Shown here: piece after piece, positions 44,804 to 55,365 of the stretch
Layout of the letters: the number at the start of each line of letters is the position of its first letter
Numbering within the stretch: position 1 is the stretch's first letter
NCBI GenBank assembly: GCA_964553795.1
Contig: CAZKMR010000004.1
Coordinates: forward strand, 53,621-117,620
Direction: 5' to 3'
DNA length: 64,000 bases
Source of the DNA: an uncultured Bifidobacterium sp.
GTDB taxonomy: Bacteria > Verrucomicrobiota > Verrucomicrobiia > Limisphaerales > JADLHS01
Position numbers and translations under genes: made by a program
The notes under the pieces: model-generated
What the model saw: only the letters and a program-made list of their open reading frames with translations
What the model was told of the DNA's origin: nothing
Databases searched by the model: none

Positions 44804-45616
44804 ATGAAAACCAAGCTCATCGCCCCGATTCTTGCCGCGTTGCTGATCGCGACGGCGCTCCCTGCTCCTGCCGCCGAATCCAGCACCGTCGCGGACGAAC
44901 TCAAGGACGTTATTACCAAGGTCCAAACCAAACTCAAAGACGGCAAACGCACCGAGGCCGACCTCGAAGCGGAACTGAAGGAGTTCGACTCCATTCTCGC
45001 GAAACATAAAGACGAGAAAACCGACGAAGTCGCCCAGGTGCTGTTGATGAAAGCCATGTTGTATTCCCAGGTGCTCAACAATGAAGCCAAAGGCGACGAG
45101 TTGTTGGAGCAGCTTAAAAAGGATTTCCCCGATTCCAAGCCGGTCGCCATGCTCAAGCGCCAGGAGGAAGCCAAGAAAGCCCGGGCCAGTCTGGTGGAAG
45201 GCGCCGCGTTTCCACCGTTTGAAGTCAAGGACACCAACGGCAAACCGCTGTCACTGGCCGCCTACAAAGGCAAAGTGGTGCTGATTGATTTCTGGGCCAC
45301 CTGGTGCGGACCGTGTATTGCCGAATTACCGCACGTGCTCGAAGCCTACGAGAAACATCACAAGGACGGCTTCGAGATCATCGGCATCAGCCTCGACAAG
45401 GATCAGGAGAAACTTGAAACCTTTACCAAGGAGAAAAAGATGCCGTGGCCACAATTCTTCGATGGTCAAGGCTGGCAAAACGAACTCGCCCAGAAATACG
45501 GCATTAACAGCATCCCGGCGACCTACTTGGTGGATCGCGAAGGCAAAATCATCGGCATCGGTTTGCGCGGCAAAAAACTCGAAACCGCCGTGGCCGAAGC
45601 GCTGGCGAAGAAGTAA
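44804..45616 (+). CDS. TlpA-family thiol-disulfide oxidoreductase with N-terminal helical extension, secreted
   Basis: Signal peptide MKTKLIAPILAALLIATALPAPA. Thioredoxin motif FWATWCGPC. Confidence 0.88.
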   Translation: MKTKLIAPILAALLIATALPAPAAESSTVADELKDVITKVQTKLKDGKRTEADLEAELKEFDSILAKHKDEKTDEVAQVLLMKAMLYSQVLNNEAKGDELLEQLKKDFPDSKPVAMLKRQEEAKKARASLVEGAAFPPFEVKDTNGKPLSLAAYKGKVVLIDFWATWCGPCIAELPHVLEAYEKHHKDGFEIIGISLDKDQEKLETFTKEKKMPWPQFFDGQGWQNELAQKYGINSIPATYLVDREGKIIGIGLRGKKLETAVAEALAKK

Positions 45617-45634
45617 TTCGTTCGCCCTGAATTC

Positions 45635-45677
45635 AACCGGCAGTTCACCTTTGGTGGACTGCCGGTTTGTTTTCTTT
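45635..45677 (+). terminator. Intrinsic terminator between convergent tlpA-like gene and recN
   Basis: 10-bp stem AACCGGCAGT / ACTGCCGGTT with a 13-nt loop, followed by TGTTTTCTTT. Confidence 0.7.
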
Positions 45678-45704
45678 GAGGAACGACACTCTGTACCGAT
45701 GGCC

Positions 45705-47399
45705 TCAGCGTAAGAGTGCTTCGGCGTGTTTGCGCGCGGCGTCACTTTGGCCACCGAGCATCCGGGCGAGTTCGGTCACGCGCGATTTGCGTTCGAGCCG
45801 GGTGATTTCTGAAGTGGTCCGGCCGTCCTTGACCAGTTTGCTGACAACGTAGTGCGCATCCGCTGCCGCGGCCACTTGCGGCAAGTGCGTGATGCAAAAC
45901 ACCTGTCGCTTCGCGGCGATCTGTTTCATTTTCGCGCCGACAGCGTTGGCGGTTTCGCCGCCGACGTTGGCGTCCACCTCGTCGAAAACGAGCACCGGGA
46001 TTTCGTCTTCCGCGGCCAGCACGGTTTTCAACGCTAACATCACGCGGGCCATTTCCCCGGACGAAGCGATGGCGCGCAGCGGCTTTAGCGGTTCGCCGAC
46101 ATTGGGAGAGAATTGAAATTCAATTTCATCGCAACCGGAAACGGTGGGGCGCGCGTCCTCGCGAGCCGGCCCGTCAGGAGCCTCGCCCCACCGGGACGAT
46201 TTCAGTGCGATGTCGAATTGACCTTGCTTGAAGCCAAGATCCGCAAGCTGCTTCGCGACGGATTTGCCTAACTTGGGAATAACTTTCTGTCGCGCGACAG
46301 AAAGCTTTGTGCTGGCGTCGAGCAACTGCGAATCCAGTTTTTCCAACGCGCTGTTGATACGAGTCAGTTCCGCATCGCGAGATTCAAGGGCCTGAAGTTT
46401 CGCTTTGGCTTCCGCGCCAAAGGCAATGACTTCGGCCAGCGACCCCCCGTATTTGCGTTTCAGCGAGTGAATGAGATTCAGTCGTTCGTCCAACTCGGCC
46501 AGGCGCGCGGGATCCACATCCACTTTGTCCGCGTATCGCGAGAGTTCAGTTTGCAGGTCGCGCAAGGTTGCCACGGCTTGCTCGTGCAATTCCGTGAGAT
46601 TACCCGCCCCGGAATCTACGCGCTGCAAGTCATGCAACACCCGTCCGACTGCGCCCGTTTGTGTCAGCAATGAGGTTTCACTTTGGCTCAACAAATCCAA
46701 GGCGGCCTGACTGAGTTGGAGCAAGCGCGCGGCGTTGCTGACACGATGATGTTCCTGGGTGATCTGCTCCTCTTCGTCCGATTGCAATCGCGCGGTTTGA
46801 ATCTCCTGCACCTGAAAACGCAACAAGTCGAGTTGCTGGGCGTACGTTTTTTCATCCACCACCAATGCGGCTTTTTCAGCTTCCAGTTCGCGGCGCCGTT
46901 TCATCAGCGCAGCAAAAGCATGGCGCGTCGCTTCCAAACCGCCGAACGCGTCGAGGATGGCGAGTTGTTTGGCCGGATGCAGAAGCGATTGATGATCGTG
47001 CGGACCGTGCATGTCCACGAGCCATTCCCCGAGTTCGGCCAGCGTGTTCAAAGTCGTCGCCGAGCCATTGATAAACTGGCGGTTCGTTCCGGCGCTGGTG
47101 AAGGTTCGTTTCAGCACCAACTGGCCGTCGTCACACGGCTCCAGCCCGTTCTCCTCCAAAAAAGTCTTCAGCGGCGCGCACAGTTGACGCACATCGAAGC
47201 ACGCTTCCACCGCGCAGGAATCGCTGCCGGTGCGAATAAGCGAGCGGTCCGCGCGCTGACCGAGCACGAGATTCAACGCGCCGAGAATGATGGATTTGCC
47301 CGCGCCGGTTTCGCCCGTAATCACGTTGTAGCCCGGCTGGAGTTCCAGCGTCAGATCGGCCACGAGCGCCAGATTTTTGATGCGTAAAGTCGTCAGCAT
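45705..47399 (-). CDS. recN: DNA repair protein RecN
   Basis: MLTTLRIKNLALV...ITGETGAGKSI (Walker A), a long coiled-coil middle region, and C-terminal SGGEMARVMLAL...LVFDEVDANVGG. The Met at 47399 was chosen. Confidence 0.93.
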   Translation of the reverse strand: MLTTLRIKNLALVADLTLELQPGYNVITGETGAGKSIILGALNLVLGQRADRSLIRTGSDSCAVEACFDVRQLCAPLKTFLEENGLEPCDDGQLVLKRTFTSAGTNRQFINGSATTLNTLAELGEWLVDMHGPHDHQSLLHPAKQLAILDAFGGLEATRHAFAALMKRRRELEAEKAALVVDEKTYAQQLDLLRFQVQEIQTARLQSDEEEQITQEHHRVSNAARLLQLSQAALDLLSQSETSLLTQTGAVGRVLHDLQRVDSGAGNLTELHEQAVATLRDLQTELSRYADKVDVDPARLAELDERLNLIHSLKRKYGGSLAEVIAFGAEAKAKLQALESRDAELTRINSALEKLDSQLLDASTKLSVARQKVIPKLGKSVAKQLADLGFKQGQFDIALKSSRWGEAPDGPAREDARPTVSGCDEIEFQFSPNVGEPLKPLRAIASSGEMARVMLALKTVLAAEDEIPVLVFDEVDANVGGETANAVGAKMKQIAAKRQVFCITHLPQVAAAADAHYVVSKLVKDGRTTSEITRLERKSRVTELARMLGGQSDAARKHAEALLR

Positions 47400-47486
47400 G
47401 ATTTGCGGGCGCGAAGAATTTGCGGAGGCCAATTGCTTTGGGCAATCGGAAAATGGAGTGGCGCGAGCGCTCCCGCGCCACAAATG

Positions 47487-50400
47487 TCAAAGCCCCGTCA
47501 AGGGAATGATGCGAAGGCGATAGTATCGCTGCGCCGTGGCTGGCGCGGGATCGTTGATGGTAATCCAACCGGCGTCCGGCGGCGGCGGAAAGTTCAGGCG
47601 CGAATCAAACAACACCGTCGCCCCGTCCCACTCGCCTGGTTCGCTCGTGGTTTCCAACACATACGCAATGTCGTTGCGTCCCGAATCAAACGGAAACCGC
47701 AACGCCGGCGCTTCCGCGGGGCCCTCAAACTGCAATGCTCCCAGCGCCGGATCATCAGTCAACCCCAGTCCCAGGGCATAGCGCAATAAATTCGCCACCC
47801 CGCTGCCATTGGGATCGGCGGCCGGACCGGAGATGGCCGGGTTGGCACGGTCGGCGGGATTCGGGAACGCCGTCATTTGCCAGGCCGCAAACGTCGCAGG
47901 CGCGCCCCCAAAGCGCACTTCCAACGTTCTGCCCGACACAGAGCCGGATTCCAGATTCGCGGTCTCGGCCACCGTGGTGATTTGTGCGACAGACGACTGC
48001 GACCAGGTTTGATTCTCGAACAAGTGTCCCCCGCCTGCATCCGGCACAAAGACTCGCTTGGGAACCGTCACAAGTGTGGCGGCCAAATCTGCGCCGAAAG
48101 GAACAAAGTAACCGCCGCGCAAGTGGTCGCCAGTAACCGGCAGCGCGGCGAGATAAATGTCCACAGCCAACGGCGCGGTCGGCGCGGCGGGCAGAACCAC
48201 GACCCCGTTGCTGGCCGCACTCGCTGACGCGTAATTGGGTGAGCCCGTTTTGTGAAATACGAATTGTTGCGTCAGGCCGGTCAGCGCACTGGCATTTAAC
48301 AATTGATTCAATTGCAACGTGCCCGCGCCGCTGAGCGCGCCCACACTGCCCGTGCCGGTAACAACGGCGAGCGGGGCGACAGTGAGGGACGAACCCAGCG
48401 CTCCGGCCAGAATGATCACGCCATTGCTCGCCTGCATGGGTTGCGTATAAGCCGAGTTGTCGGCGGAGAGTTTGAGATTGCCGCCACCAGTTTTGGCAAT
48501 GGGATGCGAACCGGAAAGCGATCCGGCCAATTCCAGCTCATTGCGCGCTCCGTCCACGTGCAGATCGGTCGGCGCGGTGAACAAAATCGGATTCGCGACG
48601 ATGGCGTGGTTGCCGCTGCCGCCGGGGTCATAACGCAACGCGCCGAGTTTGCCGAGCGCCTGTTGCTCGGGAATCTCCGCACCGCGGCCCGATCCGGCCA
48701 GTTGCAACGGGCCGCCGAAGGTGTAAAGCCGCGGCCCGTTCGCGTCATTGGCGGAGATCAAGCGGAGTTGTCCGCCGGAATGAACGGTGATGCCCGCGGT
48801 CGCGGTGGGCGTGGCCGGTTGCGTTACGAACAGCACGCCTTCTTCAATGACAGTTGCTCCCGTGTAAGTCTTACCATCACCGGTGAGGGAAGCGACGCCC
48901 GGGCCGGATTTGATCAAACCACCCGGTCCGGACCAGGATTCCCGTAAACGCAGCGCACCGTGTTCGAAGTGGCCGACAATATTCGTGACGTGCAAACGCA
49001 GGTTGGATTGCAAAGCGACGCCTGCCTGCACTTCCAACTCGACGTAACCCTCCGCGGTGCCGCCCACTTCAATTCGCGCCGGGCCGTTGGTGTTCTGAAA
49101 TGTCAGGGTATTGCCGCTGTCCTGGTCGCGCACGCGATTGCGCGAAGTGGAATTCGCCTGGGGAAAGCGGATTTCTCCCACCGCCACCGGGGCGCGCAGA
49201 TTGACGTTCCGATCCGCGCTCGCGGGTGCGGGAATGGTCACGATTCGCCCGCCGCCGTTGGGATATGGCAACGGCGCGCTGGACCAATTTTCGTCCGCCG
49301 TCCAATCACCACTTCCGGCGGGCAAAAACTGCGGCACAGCCGGCGGAATGATGAACGCCGTTTCGCGCAAGGGACTCCACACGCCAGTCGTGCTGCGCAC
49401 GCGCGCTTTGACTGTCGTGCTTTGTGAAAAGGTCAATGCCCCGGAATAAATCTGTCCGGCGATGCTGCCTCCCGCCGCCCGCGGATCAACGCCGTTGGTG
49501 GTGAAATAAAGAACGCCACTGCCGTTGGGGTTGGTCATGGTTAAAGCGAACCCGTTCGTCACCACGCCGCCGTTGTGACTGAATATCGGTGCTTGGGTTG
49601 CAGGCCAAAGTCCTTGATCCGTGAGTTGGGTAAAGAAGGTGTTGCGCCGCGTATCACTGACGATCCACGTGTTGTAAAATGATTCGTTCACCACCGCCCC
49701 GATGGTTTCCACCATGATCGGGTTGATGCTGTTGCGCAAGGCGATGTGAATCGCCTGCTGATTGGTTTTCACGAGGCCGCCATCGTTGAAGAAATGCTTT
49801 TGCGCCCGGTCGGCAAACCGGAGGCGAAATTCCGGCGACACGCGCAACAACGTATAGAGCGCCGGGATATAGCGACTGGACGTGGTCTGCGCGTCGCCAA
49901 TAATCAAATCACTGGTGAAGGTGTTGTAACCCGTGTTTCGGCCTTGCGCGCCAAATGCGCCCTCGGCATCCCACACGTAGAATCTCCAGCGACCGGCGGC
50001 ACTGCGCTCGCGCGCGGCCACCCAGTTGTTGTTCGGCCAATCCCACATGCCGGCATACGCGTTGAGCAGGAGGTAATCGATGAAATTATCCACGTCGAGA
50101 TAGTCGTGCACTTCTTGATACGCCGCCACGGAAGCAAGATTGGCCGAACGGATGGAGGCGATCATTTTGTTCCAATGAATCGGATCGCCGCTGGAAAACT
50201 CGTTCACCTGCTGCACGTCCCACGCTTCGGAACTGTTGTAATGTTCCTGCATGAAGCCCTCACGCAGGCGTTCGCACAAGTTGTAGTAGCCTTTGAAAAC
50301 GCCATTGAGGTAAACAGTGTTAAAAACGCCGACGCTGCCTTTGTGTCCCATGCTGAGAAACAAACGGCGCACGAGTTCGTCCTTGATGTAGGGATTGTTG

Positions 50401-52865
50401 ATGTCGTTCTTGCCGGCTCGCACGCGCACATCCTTGAATCGCGTCACCGCCGACTCGGGGAAAAACGGATACTCCAGCGGTCGCTCGCCCCATTCGGACC
50501 GGAAGAACAAGTTGAACGAAGGTTTCATCGTCGGATCGTGCGGATTGAATCGGTTGAAGGGCGAATCAGTCAGGCGATATCGCGGCCGCGACCACGGACT
50601 GCCGGAAACACGCAGCCCCATTTCCGTTCGCAACTCCGGACCGCTCAACGGAAAATACTCCAGTGCGGCAGGCTTTTCCGCGGCCCGACCCCGGAGGAGC
50701 GGATAATGAAAGGCCATCGGATCGCCGTTCGCCGTCCAGACGTCGCCGGAATACGTTCCCCCTTTGATGGCCAAAATGCCTTCTCCCGTCGCCGGCCCGC
50801 CACTGGCATTGGGCCCAAAGAATGACAGCGTTGCACTGCCGCTGAGGCACAGTGCCGGCAGCGATTTTTTCGCCGCGCTTTCCTGCATTAAATAGGTGTG
50901 GGTAACTGTGGGCGACGGCATGGCTCCGGACAAAACCGCCCGGGCGCGAATCACGCGATCCACCGGGATGCTGATTGGCGCGGCGTAAATTTGGCCTGGA
51001 TTGGGTTCGCTGCCATCCACCGTGTAGTAGATTGAAGCCCCAGGTGTCGGCGTGCTCAGGGTCAATGAAAACGCCGCATCATGAAAACCTCCAGGCACGC
51101 TGAAAACGGGCGCTGCCGGCGCCGGATCAAGCGGCATGGCAGAATTCGTTTGGCCGGGAGTTGCCATCGCAAAGAAACCCCAGTTCCCCAGCGCATCACG
51201 ACCGTACGAGTGTTGATAACTTTGCGGCGGATAGCCCGGGGCGAGTTCGCTCACGACCTGCCCTTGCGCATTGACCAACGCAAGATACTCGCCTTCCACC
51301 GCGAGACTGAAATTGGCGTGCAAATAAGTGGCGTTGTCTTCCGGCAGTATTTCTTCGCCGCTCGCCAGGATGACGAGATAACCACCCGCAGGAATCGTGG
51401 CGTTCGTCGGAAACGTCCATTTCGCGAGGTTGCCGGCGTTATCGGTGAGTGACCAACCCGCCAGACTGACCGCGCTGGTGCCGGCGTTGTACAATTCCAC
51501 CCAATCACTCTCCGAATCCGGCGCTTCTTCCAGTGGTCCAACATCGTCCTGTTCGCCTTCGAGCACTGGCTCTTGCAGCCCGACGAAATAACGCACCGAA
51601 TCACTGGGTTGCACCAGCACGCGCGCCCCAACGCCGGTGGTCTCCAAAGTAATCCGTGCGATGGAATCGGAACTGGTCAGGCTCGAACGATGCATTTGCA
51701 CGGCCAGGACGTTGTCGCCCGCGGTCAATAACCCACTTGGCGCGCCAATCAATAACACTTCTTCCTGCCCGCTCACCGATCCGCCGTTGTCGCCATTGGC
51801 ATTGTGCCCCGTCGTCGCGAAAACATCGTGCGATGCCGGGACGCCTGCCGTGCCGACATTGCGCCGCACCAATTCTTTGCCGTTCAAATACACGATCACG
51901 CCATCGTCATAATCCAATGTCAGTCGCATCGCTTGTGCAGAGGCCGCTTCGCCGGCGGAAACCGAAAAAATCCGCCGGGTATAAATCGTCGGCGTAATGT
52001 TGTAAGTCTGCGCGTAGAGGTTGACGCCCAAAATGTAGTCGGGCGGATTCGCGCTTTCCACTCCGACCGGGCCCGGTCCGACCGGCCACGCCGCGTCATT
52101 GAACTCGCGCGTCGCCCAGGTGACCACGGCGTTCTGTTCCAGAAATTGATAATACAATCCGTAATCCAGCACGCCGCCCGAAGGCTCGCTCAAGCCGGGA
52201 AAATACCGCCACGGCGCATCCGCCGCCACCAACACCGCTCCGCCCGAAATCTGCAACGTACCGAGAAAAAGGAAGTTTGCTCCCGCACTGCCGACCAGCG
52301 ACTGATTGTGAACTTGAATGCAAATCACATTTTCGCCGGCCACCAATCGCGTATTGGCCACGCCCAGATTGACCGTTTCGAGATTGGCGCTGTTCGGGTT
52401 GAACGCCGTTTGATCGTGAAATGCAAACATTCCCGGATTGCCCATGTGACGCCGCGCCACTTCCACGCCGTTGATGAAAGCGATGAAGCCGTCGTTGTAG
52501 CGGGTCACCAATTGCAACAGCGCGCCGCTGGCGGCCTGGGCCGGCGTCACCGTGAAGGTCTTCCGCAAATAGAGTGACGCGCCGCGATTTTGCAGCGGGC
52601 CGGAAACATCCGTGGCCAATGTCACGCCACTGAACGCCCCAAATCCAAACGGCGCCGGGCCGGTCAGCCATTGGGAATCGTCATAGTCCGGCGCCTGCCA
52701 CGGCGTCGTAATCCCGGCCCGCGGATACGCGCCCGCGTCCCGGGTCAGCATGCGACTGGACGGCGCCGCCACAAATTCATTCAGATAAACCTGCGCCGAT
52801 GCGAACGAAAAACAACCCGCCGTGAAGACCGCAACCCATGTCCGGCGCACAACAGAAGGATTCAT
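47487..52865 (-). CDS. Giant secreted multidomain protein: lamin-tail domain + chitobiase-C-like domains + CotH kinase-like domain + autotransporter-associated beta-strand repeats + C-terminal ...YYRL module
   Basis: Domains: LTD (DWVELYNAGTSAVSLAGWSLTD), CHB_HEX_C-like (IYYTVDGSEP) and a CotH core (FNLFFRSEWGE...VYLNGVFKGYYNLCERL...NNNWVAARE...RFYVWDAEGAFG). PATR-like repeats (GLIKSGPGVASLTGDGKTYTGATVIEEGVLFV) are also present. Signal-like N-terminus from the Met at 52865. Confidence 0.85.
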   Translation of the reverse strand: MNPSVVRRTWVAVFTAGCFSFASAQVYLNEFVAAPSSRMLTRDAGAYPRAGITTPWQAPDYDDSQWLTGPAPFGFGAFSGVTLATDVSGPLQNRGASLYLRKTFTVTPAQAASGALLQLVTRYNDGFIAFINGVEVARRHMGNPGMFAFHDQTAFNPNSANLETVNLGVANTRLVAGENVICIQVHNQSLVGSAGANFLFLGTLQISGGAVLVAADAPWRYFPGLSEPSGGVLDYGLYYQFLEQNAVVTWATREFNDAAWPVGPGPVGVESANPPDYILGVNLYAQTYNITPTIYTRRIFSVSAGEAASAQAMRLTLDYDDGVIVYLNGKELVRRNVGTAGVPASHDVFATTGHNANGDNGGSVSGQEEVLLIGAPSGLLTAGDNVLAVQMHRSSLTSSDSIARITLETTGVGARVLVQPSDSVRYFVGLQEPVLEGEQDDVGPLEEAPDSESDWVELYNAGTSAVSLAGWSLTDNAGNLAKWTFPTNATIPAGGYLVILASGEEILPEDNATYLHANFSLAVEGEYLALVNAQGQVVSELAPGYPPQSYQHSYGRDALGNWGFFAMATPGQTNSAMPLDPAPAAPVFSVPGGFHDAAFSLTLSTPTPGASIYYTVDGSEPNPGQIYAAPISIPVDRVIRARAVLSGAMPSPTVTHTYLMQESAAKKSLPALCLSGSATLSFFGPNASGGPATGEGILAIKGGTYSGDVWTANGDPMAFHYPLLRGRAAEKPAALEYFPLSGPELRTEMGLRVSGSPWSRPRYRLTDSPFNRFNPHDPTMKPSFNLFFRSEWGERPLEYPFFPESAVTRFKDVRVRAGKNDINNPYIKDELVRRLFLSMGHKGSVGVFNTVYLNGVFKGYYNLCERLREGFMQEHYNSSEAWDVQQVNEFSSGDPIHWNKMIASIRSANLASVAAYQEVHDYLDVDNFIDYLLLNAYAGMWDWPNNNWVAARERSAAGRWRFYVWDAEGAFGAQGRNTGYNTFTSDLIIGDAQTTSSRYIPALYTLLRVSPEFRLRFADRAQKHFFNDGGLVKTNQQAIHIALRNSINPIMVETIGAVVNESFYNTWIVSDTRRNTFFTQLTDQGLWPATQAPIFSHNGGVVTNGFALTMTNPNGSGVLYFTTNGVDPRAAGGSIAGQIYSGALTFSQSTTVKARVRSTTGVWSPLRETAFIIPPAVPQFLPAGSGDWTADENWSSAPLPYPNGGGRIVTIPAPASADRNVNLRAPVAVGEIRFPQANSTSRNRVRDQDSGNTLTFQNTNGPARIEVGGTAEGYVELEVQAGVALQSNLRLHVTNIVGHFEHGALRLRESWSGPGGLIKSGPGVASLTGDGKTYTGATVIEEGVLFVTQPATPTATAGITVHSGGQLRLISANDANGPRLYTFGGPLQLAGSGRGAEIPEQQALGKLGALRYDPGGSGNHAIVANPILFTAPTDLHVDGARNELELAGSLSGSHPIAKTGGGNLKLSADNSAYTQPMQASNGVIILAGALGSSLTVAPLAVVTGTGSVGALSGAGTLQLNQLLNASALTGLTQQFVFHKTGSPNYASASAASNGVVVLPAAPTAPLAVDIYLAALPVTGDHLRGGYFVPFGADLAATLVTVPKRVFVPDAGGGHLFENQTWSQSSVAQITTVAETANLESGSVSGRTLEVRFGGAPATFAAWQMTAFPNPADRANPAISGPAADPNGSGVANLLRYALGLGLTDDPALGALQFEGPAEAPALRFPFDSGRNDIAYVLETTSEPGEWDGATVLFDSRLNFPPPPDAGWITINDPAPATAQRYYRLRIIPLTGL

Positions 52866-53012
52866 CGCGGCGCATGCTTCCACTCGCACGCCGCGGCTTC
52901 AAGTGCTATTTGCCTGCGACCCAGTGGAAAATAACTTTAAGGATTTGACCCGAGCCGGCGACACAGGGTTTTGCCTGGAGCCGTTCGGGAAAATCACCGG
53001 TGCTTCACCCAT

Positions 53013-55319
53013 TCATCGGCTCAGCGATGGGGGCGCGGCCTCCGGCGCACTGCCCCAATTCGGATTCGGCTTCGCCCCCATGCGGAACATCAGCGTCCCG
53101 CCGTTGGCAATGTCCGCATGACTGAACCACGGCTTGTTCCACGGTTGTCCGTTCCAGGTGGCCGATTGGATATAGAGATTTTTTTCCGAATTATTCTTCG
53201 CCTGAATGATTAGCTGTTTCCCGTTGGCCAAGCGCACGACGGCTTCGTCGAAGAGCGGTGAGCCAAGCACATAGTTCGGACTGGACGGATCAACGGTGTA
53301 AAATCCGAGCGCGCTCATCACATACCATGATGAAGTTGCGCCTTGATCATCCATGCCAGGGAACGCCAGACCGTATTTGTCACTGCCATACATCAACGCG
53401 AGAATTTTCCGCACGAGTTCCTGCGTCTTCCACGGTTGACCGGAGTAAGCGTAGTAATACGGCACTTGTTGATCCGGCTGATTGCCCTGGCAATACAAAC
53501 CGATCATGCCGGTGACATCGCGCGCGATGCCCTTCGGGTTGTACGGCGTGGTGAAAAAGTAATCGAGATTGCGATTAAACTTGTCGCGCCCGCCCATCAA
53601 GTTGATCAAGCCCTGCACGTCGTGCGGCACGAGCCAGACGGTTTGCCACGCCGACGCTTCCTTGAACATGTAATTGTAATACGGCTCGTACGGGTCGAAG
53701 GGATCAATCCACGAACCGTCCGCCGTGCGACCGCGCATGAAACCCGTCGTGGGATCAAACACGTTCGTGTAATTGTAGGCGCGCGCGAGGAACATTTGAT
53801 AATCCTGTTCCTTGCCGAGCTTCTTCGCGTATTGCGCCAACGCGTAATCGCTCCACGCGTATTCGAGCGTCTTGGCAACACCCGCATCGCCGTCGGCGCG
53901 GGGCGGACTGCCGTTCGCCTGAAAGTCGTCATGCACCCAGCCACGTTCCAGATATTCGGCGAGTTTGCCGCGCGGCCCGGCGGGATCGGTGGCGTTCTTA
54001 CGCAGAAATTCGTACGCCGCCGCGTAATCGAACGGCAAACCGCGCACCCAATCGCCGAGATACATCAACACCGCGTTGTCACCATGAAACGACGTGTGCA
54101 TGAACCCGGATTCGCGCGCCATTTCCAGATGCGTGCGCAGGATGTTCGTTTTCACGTCGGGTTCGAGCAGGGTGAGGAGGATGATTTGATTGCGGCCCGT
54201 GTCCCACAACGCGATCGGCGTATAACGATCGTAATCGAGCACCCGATCTTCGTCACCGCCGCGCCCGCGCCATGGCGTGCCCTGCTTGGCCACCAATCGC
54301 GGCGTAAGTAGCGAATGATAAAGCGTGGAATAAAACAACGTGCGCTGTTTTTCCGTGCCGCCTTTGATTTGAATCAGGTTCAGTTTCTCAGCCCAGGCGT
54401 CACGCGCGGCCCGTTGCACGGCAGCGAAATCCTTCGGCTCGCTGGCGAGTTGTTCCGCCGCGCCGTCGTAACTTCGATCCGCCGTGATACGCACGAGAAT
54501 CTGTTCGCCGGCAGTAGTTGAGAACTCCAGATAAGCGCCGGCGTAGCTGCCGCTGATGTTCCGTTCGCTGGTGCGGATGTCGTCATCGCGGCGCAAGCGC
54601 GCGCCTTCGAGGCGCGGTTGGTGTTGGCGGAAGACTCCGAAGGATTTGAACGGCTTGGAAAATTCCGCGACGAACGAACGCCCCCCACGCTCGCGACCAC
54701 TGCGGCCGCGCACGATGCGATCACCGACGATTTCGACATTGTTATTCCCCGCGCCGAGATCAATCAAAACCACGCCGCGCTCCGTTTTCGGAAATGTGAA
54801 GCGATAAAAGCCCGTGCGCTCGGTCGTCGTAAGTTCCGTGCGAATGCCTGTATCCGGAAAGAATACGGAATAGTAACCCGGCGACGCTTTCTCCGAGGCT
54901 TTGTCGTACGGCGACGCATACGTGCGATCTGGCGGCACGGTCCAATCGCCGACTACGGGCATAATCGTCAAGCCGGGCATGTGCGACGAAAAGCCGAGCA
55001 TCGTGCGCCGCTGATGAATGTAGGGAAAGATGATGCCGTGATTTCCGGCAGCCTCGGTCAAATCCTTGTTGATCGGTCCAACCGACACGTGGCGATGCGG
55101 CAATCCCGGACCGGGATGGGTGAAGCCGGTGTAAGCTTCTTCGCCGGGCGGCGGGGCGTTGCCGCGCAACTTCGCGTCATCCAACGATGCCGTACCGACC
55201 AGCGGATTGGCATAATCCACGGGAGTTTTCGCGGCCAGCGCCGCCAGGGAATTGACATCGCCCGCGATTGAAAGAATTAGAACAGTAGCTCCGGACCAAA
55301 AAAATCGCTTCATCGTCAC
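53013..55319 (-). CDS. Glycoside hydrolase family 92 (alpha-mannosidase-like), secreted
   Basis: 768 aa with ANPLVGT, FYSTLYHSLLTP and LEYAWSDYALAQYAKKLGKEQDYQMFLARAYNYTNVFDPTTGFMRGR, typical of GH92. Confidence 0.85.
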   Translation of the reverse strand: MTMKRFFWSGATVLILSIAGDVNSLAALAAKTPVDYANPLVGTASLDDAKLRGNAPPPGEEAYTGFTHPGPGLPHRHVSVGPINKDLTEAAGNHGIIFPYIHQRRTMLGFSSHMPGLTIMPVVGDWTVPPDRTYASPYDKASEKASPGYYSVFFPDTGIRTELTTTERTGFYRFTFPKTERGVVLIDLGAGNNNVEIVGDRIVRGRSGRERGGRSFVAEFSKPFKSFGVFRQHQPRLEGARLRRDDDIRTSERNISGSYAGAYLEFSTTAGEQILVRITADRSYDGAAEQLASEPKDFAAVQRAARDAWAEKLNLIQIKGGTEKQRTLFYSTLYHSLLTPRLVAKQGTPWRGRGGDEDRVLDYDRYTPIALWDTGRNQIILLTLLEPDVKTNILRTHLEMARESGFMHTSFHGDNAVLMYLGDWVRGLPFDYAAAYEFLRKNATDPAGPRGKLAEYLERGWVHDDFQANGSPPRADGDAGVAKTLEYAWSDYALAQYAKKLGKEQDYQMFLARAYNYTNVFDPTTGFMRGRTADGSWIDPFDPYEPYYNYMFKEASAWQTVWLVPHDVQGLINLMGGRDKFNRNLDYFFTTPYNPKGIARDVTGMIGLYCQGNQPDQQVPYYYAYSGQPWKTQELVRKILALMYGSDKYGLAFPGMDDQGATSSWYVMSALGFYTVDPSSPNYVLGSPLFDEAVVRLANGKQLIIQAKNNSEKNLYIQSATWNGQPWNKPWFSHADIANGGTLMFRMGAKPNPNWGSAPEAAPPSLSR

Positions 55320-55365
55320 AGCAAACTATCCGCGGAACGGAACACAGTAAATCTTTAGTGCGCGG

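Noticed and set aside
48303-54311. Several 200-360-aa + strand ORFs (48303-48947, 49746-50825, 51804-52577, 53343-54311)
   Set aside because: All are antisense to the CotH giant or GH92 genes. They are extremely R/H/A-rich and motif-free.
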